A DNA stretch of 64,000 nucleotides, from NCBI RefSeq assembly GCF_037042905.1, contig NC_087251.1:32118001-32182000 (forward strand), read 5' to 3'. This document shows positions 24,980 through 37,759 of the stretch, piece after piece. This DNA is from Lytechinus pictus. Taxonomy: Eukaryota. The stretch's first letter is position 1, and the number at the start of each line of letters is the position of its first letter. The notes under the pieces were generated by a model. That model saw nothing but the letters and a program-made list of their open reading frames with translations, made no database searches and was not told the DNA's origin. The position numbers and the translations under genes are program-made.

Positions 24980-26764
24980 GCTCATGACATGTTTTGCCAT
25001 GTTTGCAGTCTGTTGTGTTGTACTGTTAGTCATTAATCATGTTAATAATACTGCATGATGTAACTTAACTATATGTAGCTTTATTTGCAAACACAAGACA
25101 AGCAGGGCATTTCAAGGTCAAGGACGGGTTAGCAAATAAGATCTAGAATCTAGATCAGAGGCAGTGTCTAGGCATAGGAACAATAAGAATTGATTTTACC
25201 AGAGAAAAAATGGGATAACAAAGAAATTAAGTAAGATTTATCAAAGTTTTATTGACCAGACCCAAATTCCGTACACCGCTGTGAAACCTCATTCGTAGGA
25301 TGAGTGGTTCATACCAAGAAATTGGATAGGAAACCCGCTTCAGAACAAATTTCCGCCGTCAAATCGTGCCCGAGCTCGCAGTGGAAGTAGTGAGACAATC
25401 TTATGCATGGTGACATAGAACTGATTTGGAAGAGTCAAAATATTTTGCCAGCGCGACAAGAATCGGCCATAAAATTAGTGTATGTAGCGGGTGGTCAGTC
25501 CTAAAAGAAGGGTGCGAGTGCGAATGAGTAAATGTGAAATTGTCGCATTTGTTGGTCGCAGATATATAAACGCATAGAATCTGAGTCGTCGATCTAAACA
25601 TGGTATTCTGATCTGCTCAATTTTTTGCACAAATGAGACGAAAACAAGGTACTGAATAAATATTTTCGTAGATATGATGCTAAGAAAATTAGGTGGTCGA
25701 TAAGGGGTAGGTCCAACCAAACGGATTAGAGACTCACCATTTAGAGATGAGTCTCTCCATATTGGGAATGAGGAGACTGATTTTCTTTCCTTACATTTGT
25801 TCGAAAGCCCAATGGTTTACCCTAGGGTGGTTTATGGAAATTTGATTTGATTTTAAAGCAGATTCTTGAAATATTACTTCCTCATTCATTACAAAAATTT
25901 GATCATATTCCACACAAAATAATTTGCTTTTAATATTGAGATTTGGGGGGAAATTACCTTGATAGTTGGTATTTCAGAAAGCCAGTATTTCTTTTATCCC
26001 CTTGCAAATCAAGTCTTTCATGTTGGAAAAAAAGTCTCTAAATACCAGCTGTGTGAAGGTGGGCCTCCTGTTATTTCTCGGTCGACTGAATAAATGAAAA
26101 CAAAAGTTTTTCAAAACCAGATTGAGAATTATGTTACCAGAGAGTATTAAAATGAGCCACTTATTTTATTTGCCAAATAGTGGGCAAATTAGGATGTTGG
26201 ATTTTTCTGTTCATCAAATTTTTCTGTAGTTGAAATTAAAGTCAACAGAAGGTCTAACATCTCCAAAATTATGAGGGAAGATAATAAGAGATCCATGAAG
26301 AATAATTCAATATACTGATCGTTTTAACTCAATGTTTCACTTTTTGTTGTCTGATTCATACAGTATAACAACAATGAATTTTGAATGCTTACTAAATTTT
26401 CCTTTGTTTTCCTATTTTTCCAGTTTATATAATGTGTTTCCCTATTTCTTGTGTCTTTTCTCAAAACCAGTAATGTTGGACATAAATATCTTCCTGGACT
26501 GCCACCTGGATTATCCAAGGACGGTTCTAGTAGCAAGAAACATCAATATTATAAGAGAAAATGCAATTTAAAGATGGAGCGACTCCAATAGACATTAAAC
26601 CTATACATTTTGAATGTTTAATTATCAACTTAACAATTCTGACTTTCATAATCCCAAGTGCATTCAATCTAAAGTCACACTTAAATCATCAAGTTCAACC
26701 TAAACGCACTTCTACATTTCATTTCAAAATCAATAAGTCAAGACAGGGATTTTTATCAAGCAGC

Positions 26765-27039
26765 ATGGCAGAGAAGGGAAGCGAGGTTATCCCCAGCATC
26801 AAAAGCTTGCAGAGTGACACCGGAGAATCAGAAGCTCAACCTGGTTCAGTTGGATCGTTTCAAGGGGCATCACCACCTCCATCATATCTGGAATTGCCAG
26901 GATACCCCCGAACTATCTTTAAAAATGCCCCATCAGACAATTATCTTTGTGGAATTTGCAACCAGGTAGCACGGTGGCCAGTACAGACAGACTGTGCATG
27001 TGGATTATTTTGTCATGGATGTTTACAAAGATATATAGG
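26765..27039 (+). CDS. TRAF3: TRAF3-like, coding exon 1 (N-terminus and most of the RING)
   Basis: agcATGG start in strong context; GYP...YLCGICNQVARWPVQTDCACGLFCHGC; donor GG|GTGAGT, phase 2. An in-frame upstream ATG exists at 26561. Confidence 0.85.
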
Positions 27040-27109
27040 GTGAGTGGATTTTAATGTTAAGTGTGTCTTGGTACTTCTGTTTCTTCAGGTTTCAAAGATG
27101 TCTGCTTAA

Positions 27110-27711
27110 AGGGATGCTCCGGGCTGAAGATATTTGTATCTCAATAAATAGAGTGAAATTGACAGAGCAAAATGTTGAAAATTTGATCAAAATTGGATAA
27201 CAAATAACAAAGTTATTGAATTTTTAAAGATTTGCATTATTCCGGTGAAACTGTTCTAGGCAAGTCTTCATAAATATTCATTAGGTGGGCAGTGGGCTGA
27301 TGATGTCATATCCCCACTGGATCTTTTGTATTTTTATTATATGAAATAAGATTTATTAAAAAAAAATTACCAAGAACTAAAACAATTGGATTGACAGCTG
27401 ATTAAGTGCATTAGTTATTTCTTGCTGCAACTTATTTCATCATAATGGAGACACATTTACACATTTATGAAAAAATGAAACAATTATGATTTCATGTAAG
27501 AACATAAAAAAAAGGAAAGTAGGGGTGTGATATCAGCCCACCTAATGAATATTCATGAAAATATGCCTAAAACTGTTTTACGGGAATAATGCAAATCTTT
27601 AAAATTGAATAAATTCGTTATTTGATATCCGATTTTGATGAAATTTTCAGCATTTTGTTCTTTGTTAATCTATTTATTTAGATATAAATATCTTCAGCCT
27701 GGAGTATCCCT
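27110..27711. mobile_element. Kolobok-like MITE in TRAF3 intron
   Basis: TTAA|AGGGATGCTCCGGGCTGAAGATATTT ... AAATATCTTCAGCCTGGAGTATCCCT|TTAA. Confidence 0.85.
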
Positions 27712-28052
27712 TTAACAAAACATCCTTTTTTATCAGTAAATATTGGGATTGTTGCAGTTTTATCAACACTGTTGTCTTTAGGTGAACTTAAAACAAAGTA
27801 TGTTCAATAAGATATTGAAAATCTGCTGAGAAAAAAAAAATGAAAAATTGTACCCCCAAATTAAAATGCACTTTATCATACACCAAACTACTCTAGGTAT
27901 GAACAAAAAGGATTTTCCATTCCTTCTCTCAAAAGATAAAAAAAGCTTAATTTGAAAATGTCATGGAATTTGTGTATAAGTATTGTACAGCATCTTAATG
28001 AAGAATAATAATTAAGGATGTTTTTGTCACCCCATTTTTGTTTGTTTTTCAG

Positions 28053-28377
28053 TGATGAAACAGGAACACTCGAGTGTCCCAGATGTCAAGAGACATTTCC
28101 AGTTAATGAGATACAGAGAGACAAAGTTGCCCATAAAAAATTACTGAAGTTAGATATAGAATGCCCTCATGGGTGTGGAACGGAGATGCTATTAAGAGAC
28201 TTGGACAAGCATGAAGAAGAATGTCAATTTGTGATAATAGAGTGCATTAATAAACAACAAGGATGCAAAGCACTTATTAAGAGGATTGATCTAGTAAACC
28301 ACCTAGAAAAGCAATGTGACTTTCGGAAAGTATCTTGTCAACACTGTAGGAATCAGTTTCTCGCTCGAGAGTTAGAG
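28053..28377 (+). CDS. TRAF3: TRAF3-like, coding exon 2 (RING end, zinc fingers 1-2, first half of finger 3)
   Basis: tttttcAG acceptor, phase 2 matching exon 1 (GG+T = Gly); CPRC, CPHGC...HEEEC, CINKQQGC...HLEKQC, CQHC; donor GAG|GTGAGT, phase 0. Confidence 0.9.
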
Positions 28378-28766
28378 GTGAGTGCATGGAGTCTACCCTA
28401 CATTTATTTTCTTATTAGCAAATGATCGTTATGCTTGGCAGTTTTTTGTTGTTATTGCAGCAGGGTTTGTCAAATCATTTATTTCAGTCAGCATTTTATA
28501 TGTACCTCTTTGGTTGCTGAGTCATGGGTCAAGATGATGCTCCCTGCTTCCACTTTCTGCCTTGAGTATCCTCCTCATTCAGATCAACCTTACCACTTTC
28601 CTTCTTCACCATATCTTTCCATGTAATCTTTGGTCTGACTTCCCTTTCCTTTTCCTCCTATGTCATCCACTTCCAGATCCCATGCTCGTTTTACAGGTTC
28701 ATCAATCATCATGCTTCCTCCTCAAGGGTTTGTTGAAATCATGTTGATTTAAATTACCTTGATTTT

Positions 28767-30214
28767 GAGCTCATCCGGCCCTTATGCCGTGGCGTGGCGT
28801 CCGTCGTCCGTCCACAATTTCAAAATGATTCTTCTTCGCCGTTTCAAGTCCGATTTCAATTCTGTTTGCTTTATATGATAGCACTAGGTGGGGGATTCAA
28901 AACTTCTACACAGAATTTTGAAATTCATTAAATATGCTAATATATGCGCATTTTTCAAAATTCACAAAAAATGCTTCTTTATTTGTTGACCAATTTTGAA
29001 TTTTTTGCTTCCATCTGGGAGAGCTTCATGAGGTTTACCAAACTTCTACACAGAATTTTGAAATTTTGACTAGAACAATTTTTATGCTAATTTATGTGAA
29101 ATTAATTTATGCATATTCTAAAAAATTCACATAAAATGCTTCTTCTGTATTTGTTGACTGATTTTGATTTTTACTTCCATCTGGTAGAGCTTCATAAGGT
29201 TCACCAAACTTCCACACACAATTTTTAAATTTGTAGTAGAAAATTATTTATGCTAATTTGTGCGAAATTCATAAATCACAGAAAATGCCTCTTCTTTATT
29301 TGTTGACTGAATTTCAAAATGCTTCTTCTTCGTCACTTCAAGTCTGATTTCAATTCTGTTTGCTTTATATGATAGCATTAGGTGGGGGATTCAAAATTTC
29401 TACACATAATTTTGAAACTCATTAAATATGCTAATTTATGCATATTTTTAAAAATTCACATAAAATGCTTCTTTAATTGTTGACCGTTTTTGATTTTTTT
29501 TCTTCCATCTGGTAGAACTTCATGAGGTTCACCAAACTTTTACACAGAATTTGGAAATTTTCAGTAGAAAATTATTTATGCTAATTTATGCGAAATTTAT
29601 TCATAAATCACAAAAAATGCCTCTTCTTCTTTATTTGTTGACCAATTTTGATTTTTTTTCTTCCATCTGGTAGAGCTGCATGAGGTTCACCAAACTTGTA
29701 CACAAAATTTTGAAATTTTGTCTAGAAAATTATTTATGCTAATTATGCAAAATTTATTCATAAATCACAAAAAAAAAGTTTGTCTTCTTCATTTGTTGAT
29801 CAATTTCAATTTTGTTTGCTTTATATGATAGCATTAGGTGGGGGATTAAAAATTTCTACACAGAATTTTGAAACTCATTAAATATGCTAATTTATGCATA
29901 TTTTTAATGCTTCTTCTTTAATTGTTGACCGTTTTTTTTTTTTTTCTTCCATCTGGTAGAACTTCACGAGGTTCACCAAACTTTTACACAGAATTTTGAA
30001 ATTTTCAGTAGAAAATTATTTATGCTTAATTTATATGAAATTTATTCATAGATCACAAAAAATGCTTCTATGTTATTTTTTCATTAATTTCGATTCTATA
30101 TCCTCAATTTATGTCACCAATATAATTCACTACAGTGTCAACTGGGCTGAAATTAAAATTGTGTTAAATTTCGTTGCGAGATGCCGGATGAGCTCCACAT
30201 CATTGATGTGCTAG
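28767..30214 (+). mobile_element. Helentron/HINE-type element, family C
   Basis: SubTIRs GAGCTCATCCGGC (28767-28779) and GCCGGATGAGCTC (30183-30195); GTCC-type microsatellite near the 5' end; internal tandem units; 3' hairpin CACATCA-T-TGATGTG followed by CTAG; T-run flanks. Confidence 0.85.
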
Positions 30215-30332
30215 TTTAAGGATAAAGAAGTTCTTAATACACTAGTGTTTGTGCATCTACAGCATTTTCAGTTATTCAAATCCACTAAAAAACATCTGAA
30301 AAAAAAACTGTAAGTTAAATATCAGGGTTTTT

Positions 30333-32465
30333 GTCTCGCCTGCATAGCAGAGCGAGACTATACATGTAGGCGCCACTTTTCCGACGGCGGCGGTGTCGTT
30401 AACATCAAATCTTAACCGAAGGTTGAGTTTTTGAAATGTCATCATAACTTACAAAGTATATGGGCCTAGTTCATGAAACTTGTACATAATGATTATCAAG
30501 TATTACTGAACATTCTGTAATAGTTTGATGTCACATGACCAAGGTCAAAGGTCAATTAGGGTCAATGAACTTGACCATGTTGTGGTAATCAATATCAAAA
30601 TCTTAACCAAAGGTTAAGTTTTTGAAATGTCATTACTTACAAAGTATGTGGGCCTAGTTCATGAAACTTGGACATAATGGCCCGTATTCTGAAGTCGGGT
30701 TTAAGTTAAACTCAGGTTTAAAGTTGTGGTTTAAGTATGGGAAGCCAAAAGTATCAAATTTGTTATTAAGTTGTATGTTTCATATGTTTACTGTGCTCTT
30801 TCCTGATTCATCGATGGTGAAGCCAATAATATTTTTATACTTCCTAGACAATTATGAATGATTTGAGAGCCAAATGAGCTGAATTATGATATCTCTATTG
30901 TTAGTGATTTATGTAACAATTGGCTCGCCATACTTAAACCACAACTTTAAACCTGAGTTTAAGTTACACCCGACTTTAGAATACGGGCCATTGGTTATAA
31001 AGTATTACTGAACACTCTGCCCGAGTTTTAGGTCACATGACCAAGGTCAAAGGTCATTTAGTGTCAATGAACTTTGGCCAAATTGGGGGTATTTGTTAAT
31101 TTCCATCATAACTTAAAAGTTTATGGATCTGGTTCATGAAACTTTGACGTACTTTGTAAGGGTAATCAAGTATTACGGAAATCCTGCCTGAGTTTAGGTC
31201 ACATGACCAAGGTCAAAGGTCATTTAGGGTCAATGAACTTAGACCATGTTGGGGGACCCAATATAAAAATCTTAACCAAGGTTAAGTTTTTGAAATGTCA
31301 TCATAACTTAGAAGGTATATGGACCTAGTTCATAAAACTTAGACATAAGGGTAATAGTGTATCACTGAAGGTCCTGCCTGAGTTTCAGGTCACATGATTA
31401 AGGTCAAAGGTCACATACGGTCAATGAACTTTGGCCATGTTGGGGTTATTTGAGGAATCGTCATCATAACTTTAAAAAAAGTTTGTGGATCTAGTTCATG
31501 AAACTTGGACATGAGAGCAACCATGTATCCCTGAATATCATGTGCGAGTTTCGGGTCACATGACCAAGGTCAAATGTCATTTAGAGTCAACAAACTGGTA
31601 ATGTTGGGGGTATTTGTGGAATTGTCATCATACATCAAGTTTATGGATCTAGTTCATGAAACTTGAACATAAGAGCAGCAATGTGTCCCTTAATACCCTG
31701 TGCATGTTTTAGGAACATGGCCAAGATCAAAGGTCATTTAAAGGTCAATGAACTCTGGCCGTGTTGGGAGTATGTGTTGAATTGGCATCATAACTTAAAA
31801 AGTTTATGGATAGAAGTACATGTACTGTATGTAGCTCATAAGGGTAATCAAGTATGAATGATTGTTTTGCACATGTCTTGGGTCACATAATCATGGTCAA
31901 TGGTCATTTTGGGTCTATGGACATAATATTTTATCATCATATTAGTGTTTTCTTCTGTGAATATTTATTCATTAGCTGTTTTCAAAGGCAGCACTGCTGC
32001 TATATCGAATTGCATATTGCAGATGAGACTGCCAGAGGTGTTTCACTTGTTTAATTATCATACTTGTAACTCTGAAAGTATATGGATATAGTTCATGAAA
32101 CCTGGACATAAGAGTAATCAAGCATCAGTGAATATTCTGCGTGAGTTTCAGGTTACATGACCAAGGTCAATGAGCTTTGGCCTTGTTGGGGGGTATTTGT
32201 TAAATTGCCATCATAACTTCAAAATTTTATGATCTAGTTCATGAAATGTGGACATAAGGGTAATCAAGTATCACTGATCATCTTGCACAAGTCTTTGGTC
32301 ACATGATCAAGGTCAAATGTCATTTAGGATCATTGAACATGGTATTTTTTTCATCATATGAATGGTGTTTTTGTGAATGATTATTCTATAGTCGTTTTCA
32401 AAGTCAGCACTGCTGCTATATTGAATTGCGTAATGCAGGCGAGACTGCCAGAGGCACTCCACTTG
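30333..32465 (+). mobile_element. HINE family A composite copy (one 5' end, two successive 3' ends)
   Basis: 5' subTIR GTCTCGCCTGCAT at 30333; degenerate 3' end finishing at 32049; second 3' end with a perfect ATGCAGGCGAGAC finishing CTTG at 32465. Confidence 0.8.
30679..30989. mobile_element. PIF/Harbinger-like MITE nested in HINE A
   Basis: About 60-bp TIRs GGCCCGTATTCTGAAGTCGGGT... and ...ACCCGACTTTAGAATACGGGCC; flanks AAT and ATT; related copies at 43344 and 44377. Confidence 0.8.
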
Positions 32466-35020
32466 TTTTTAATTAAAGGTTATCTGTAGTATAGCTACAG
32501 TAAATTATCTGTTTGTGGCTGCCCGCCTGGTGGTCTATCATATTCCTATTAAGTGATAATTTGATAGGCCCAGAGTTCATGTAAGTAGGTGAAATTTGAC
32601 GACTGGTTCATTCTGCTGAATGGAGCAGTGTAAATATACACGAGCAATGTTCGTGACCAAGGTCTACATGTATGTTCATTGAACTACAGCAATTTAGTTG
32701 AATGTGCTTGCACTGTGCATGCATCGACACAAAAAGAAGTGCATTGGCTTAATTGTTCTTTGAGGATGTTTGTTTGTATGGTCCAGTGATTGTGCTCAAT
32801 TACACTTCCAAAGACTGTACATGTAATTAGTCAAAGTATGTCTTCATTTTGGTAGCCTTTGGCCAATTTCATTTGTAAAACAGCGAATTGGTTCACATGA
32901 TAAGCTGCACTTCATTTTTATTTGCTCTTTGAGGTCAACTCTTTGAAAACTCTCCTCAGCTTGTCTGATCCAGTTTGGGGCATTGTTAAATCACATCTGA
33001 CAGCGTATTCTGTCATAGGGGATTCCCCCTTACACGTCCATGCGTGACTACACATTTGGAACTCTGTACATGTATGGCTTGTAGTTGCTGTATTTATGAT
33101 GAAACGAGAGCCTGATGAATGCAATGACTGATTGGTTTAAATATGCATATTTGGTCATTAATAAGAATAGAATGTGATATATAAGCACACTAATTTTTGT
33201 TGTAGATTTCTGTCTAGCCTGTCAGTGAACAATGAGCATTTATATTAGGCAGACTGTTGAGAGAAGTGGGAAATTGGGAATATAATTTCTTTTAAAAGTT
33301 TTCCATTTGCAAAATATGAATTTATATGTCTTTGTAAACAAATTCTAAAACATTGTTCATCCCTTTTCCCCTTCATATAATGTATAAATAGTGATTTTTT
33401 TTTACTATGGTCCTAATTAAGAATAATTAGAGTAACCACCGTTTGTACGTAGACAAAATGATTTCTACAATGTATCCTTTTTAGATTGATGGAACTGGAT
33501 ATGCCTAGTTAGAATAAATATTTGAGAACTGCCACCCCAAAACCAACAATAAGTCAACCAAAATGAATATTGAGATTTTCATTGAGCTTGAAAATTCATT
33601 CCCTAAGCTTTAAAATGATGATATGTTAAAATTGACCAACAATAACCATACTTGATTGAATGCAGAGGAAATTCAGCAAGAGCTTTAAAAAAAATAAGGA
33701 GAAAACAAGGTTTGAAGTTTGGGGTTCACTCAAGCATGAAATGTGCTTACTGTGTAATCTCAGTGAAACTTCCAAGCAGTCCGAAAAAGTAATGTCCAAG
33801 AAACTCTTGTATCTTTTTTTAAATTCAATTCACGACTTCAAAATTTCACATTATGAAGAAGAAGAATTGTTCTTCAGATAAGCTATTTTTTTTGGGGGGG
33901 GGGGGGGGTTTGGAGACTAAATGACTATTTTGGCTATTTACAGAGAACCTTACCTGGAGACTTATTGGTGGTTTTGGGGTGGTAGGTCACATTTTAAATT
34001 CCTTTATCAAAATTTATGAATCCGTCTGCTGCAGTATATAAATGGGAATATCATTTTCAGGTTGTATTCTCATTTCTCAATATTGTTTTTTATAGATCTG
34101 AAAAGGACGTAAAGAAAGAAAAAAAAGTTTTCTGATTTTGTAATACAGCAATTGCTAGAACAACATCAGAACATGGATCTGAATAAAATCAGGGGTTAAA
34201 AGGACTGACTAAAGTTAACCTTCCCTGAAGGGTCAATAATACGAATTATACTTAAGTATCATTTAACATTCAAAGATTACAAAAAGGTTAGTGGTCATTG
34301 GATTTTTTTTTTTCAGCCACTAGAAATTAAATTTGGCATCTTGCGCTCTCTCTCGGTAATGTTCTTATTCTTATCATTTTATTATTATGAGGAATGGATT
34401 AATATTTGTTGACCCCAGACTTCTTGAAAACTAAAAAAAGCATTGAAAAATATGGAAAAGAGACATTCTTATGGGGAAAGCAAACTTGGTGTATCAGTGA
34501 GAAATACATTACCCAATCCAGCTTAGCCTCAAGCAACTGTCAGGACAGGGGGGAAATATCTAGATAATGATAAGACAATTTCTAGTTGTATTAAATGACG
34601 TATGCTGGTAAATAATCTTGTATTCTCTTATTTGTATCTCAATGCTGTCATATTTCCCCTGAAAACAGATGATATTAATGTTCCAAAACCAATTTATCTG
34701 GAGGTAGAACTTTTCCTTTAAAGAAGAAGAAGCAAAAAGAAACCCAAACAAGTTTGTATGAATGAATGAATGAATATCTTTCTGACTTCATACAGACCCA
34801 TACAGACTGTGCACTCAAATGCAGAATTCATCAGGGATATGATACATGTATGCTCTGATCATAAGCTTTCGTTTTCATTCAGCATGGGAAGTACAAATAT
34901 TGCACAGCATTGTAATACAGCATTGATTGATCTCCTTTCATTCTTATACATGTAGATTAAAATTCATCATAAATATACATTCTCCATCGAACACCGGAGG
35001 TGATGACGTACATGTACAAT

Positions 35021-35321
35021 CACTAGCGTACCTACGGGGGGGGGGGGGGGGGGGGGGGGCACTCTGCCCCCCCCTGACGAGCCACAACCCATACAAAATA
35101 CATATCACTGCCCCCCCTGACCAGCTTGAAAGACCTTTTATGCCCCCCTGACGAGCTTGAAGACCTTTTTTTTTTTTTTTTGCTTGTCAATTTTTTTTCT
35201 GGTATAATAATCTTTATTTTTGATTGAAGACCTTTTTTTTTTTTTTTTTTTTTTTTGCTTGTCAATTTTTTTGGCGGCCGATTTTGCCCCCCCCCTGTGG
35301 AAAATCCTAGGTACGCCACTG
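35021..35321. mobile_element. hAT-like MITE
   Basis: Termini CACTAGCGTACCTA and TAGGTACGCCACTG; perfect 8-bp TSD TGTACAAT. Confidence 0.85.
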
Positions 35322-37759
35322 TGTACAATAGAATTTGCAATGAGAGGTACATGTATAATACATAGTCACAAAATATACAGTAAATCTAAAAGTATTTTAG
35401 ACAGAATTATTCAAGAAATTTGGAATGGAATTTTGATTTGTATGTTATCTTCCAACATTAAAGGACTACTCATGGCTGAAAATGATATGATTTGAACAGA
35501 TAAAGCTTACAAAATATTAAAAATTAATTAAAATAGCACAAGGACTATTCAAGTTGTGAAATTAAAAAAATTTTGCATTATTTCAGTGAAACAGGTCTAT
35601 GCGAGTTTTCATCAATATGTAAATATCAAGCGGATGATGTCATATCCCCTAAATTCAAATTTTGTCAACCAAGATTTTTTTTTAAACGGAGTGACAATAA
35701 GTTAAAGATGTAAGATAATAATTGCTGCAACATATTTTGTTATTTAAAGGGAAACATTTTATACACACATGAAGACATGAACTACATGTAATTAGAATTT
35801 ATGATGTCATGTATTTACATATAAATTAAAAGAAAAATGAAAGTTGGGACATAACATCTTCAGCCCATCTATTGAATATTCATGATGGTATGTATGTAAC
35901 TGTTTTCAATTTCATAAAATATTTCTAAACATTAAATAACAATGATGTTTGTTTTTATGAAACTTTCAGCATTTTGTTATAAAGTGAATATTACTCTATC
36001 ATTTAATAATTTGGATACAATTTTGAACCCAGATATTACCTTTTAGTTACGGGTATATATTCAGTAACAAGGAAATTCACTTTAAAATAATGTTTTCATA
36101 TTTTGAAGATGTGGTTTTGTGGTTATGCATGTATAGCCAGCAATATGGATCAGTATTATGTTTGCCTACCATTCCTCTTCCCATTTCATTTCCCTTTAAT
36201 TTTGGTTTATTTCTTCCTCTTTTCATTTTCCTTATTGCTCTTTTTTCTTGTCTTCTATCTCTTTTTACTTTGTTTTATTTCTTTGGTTCTCTTTTTTTAA
36301 ACTTTATTAACCATGATTTTTTTCATGAAAATTTTGAAACATCCATCCAATGTAATTATTGTAATAACAAGAAAAAATCTAATTTTTCATAAAGATTCTA
36401 TCAAACGTAATTCAATTTCAAAATCTATATTTCCTTGTGTATTCAAATACAAATGCCCTTCACTTATAAGGTCATCACAATGTGGCTGTGCTGCAAATAT
36501 GTCATTTTTATCATTGAATAAATGGGTGTTTACTAAATCAGCTATTGGAATAATAGGTAGAAAAAAAATAGAGCGTGGAAATGATGGGATTCACTAAAAG
36601 CAATGCTTGTTAATTGTGCATGCATCCCCCTTGAAAATATAAAAATAATTGGGTACAACATACGATACATGCGTATATAATTAGACAGAAAAAAGAGGAA
36701 GAAATTAAAATGGAGATCGGACTGAGGTTCAGCCACGCAAGGTCGTATTTTGAAACATAGATTATTGGGGGAATTTCCCTGAAAGGGGACACAGAATGGG
36801 TGTGATGAGTACACACAGGAATTGTGAATGCAAGCACATTCATGTGATTTGATATAATAAGACATTGCGATAGAACAAGAAGGTATTGCGTATGTATTAC
36901 TATTCTATGAATACAGGATACATATAGTGGTATCTTTTAGTCTGAAACCTTTATGAACATAAACTTGGTTATGGATTCCAAGATTAATTGATTGAAATTG
37001 GCTAACCTTATTAAAGGTTAGCGTTGGTATTCAGTGTAGGGAAGTAGGCCTATATTTGTAAAATATTACAGAAAAGAGTGGTATTTCCAAGGTAGTAGAT
37101 ATTCATATGATTCTTGAAGATAACTCTCACTGCAAAAATTGCCATTCAGTTATCATTTGCAACATTTTTTTTTAAATTTTCGAATTATTTCAAAAATTTC
37201 AATGCATGTCTTAATACAAGACATAGTTTTGAACTGATGGTATATTTCATAAATTTGTTGTACAAGTTTAATCCTTTTCTCCATTTTTGAGAAAACAAAT
37301 TACATGTAGGCCTATCCACTTTCTGGTTAAGTCTGATATCATATTGGAAGAGTGCAGTATATTGATCAACTTCCTCACTAAAGGGAGATTCCCTAAGTTC
37401 AGTGATCAAAAGTTTTGTGTACATGTAGCTTCCTTTAATATGGGGGGGGGGGGGGGGGGTCGGTGTTCTCTTTGGAATGTGGCCTTGCAAATGGAGTATA
37501 CTGTAATAGCCAAAATGAAATACAACTTTACCCATTACACTTAGTTATGAATAATGCACAATATAAAATGGTCTATTTTTATGTGAATTTCCATGAGGAA
37601 AATCCTAAATTTTATGCTGGAATGTGCTCTATATTAAAGAGCCAGTATTATTGTTCTTGTTCTTTCTGCATACAGTGTAGGTATTACATGTGCAATTATG
37701 TAAACAGTACATTGTATGTCATGAATATTTTTGTCTGAAGGAAAGTCTTTATATATATA

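Noticed and set aside
34796..34847. Alternative exon 3 (THTDCALKC...)
   Set aside because: The His-Cys spacing does not fit the finger, and the nearest donor gives 52 nt, which breaks the frame.
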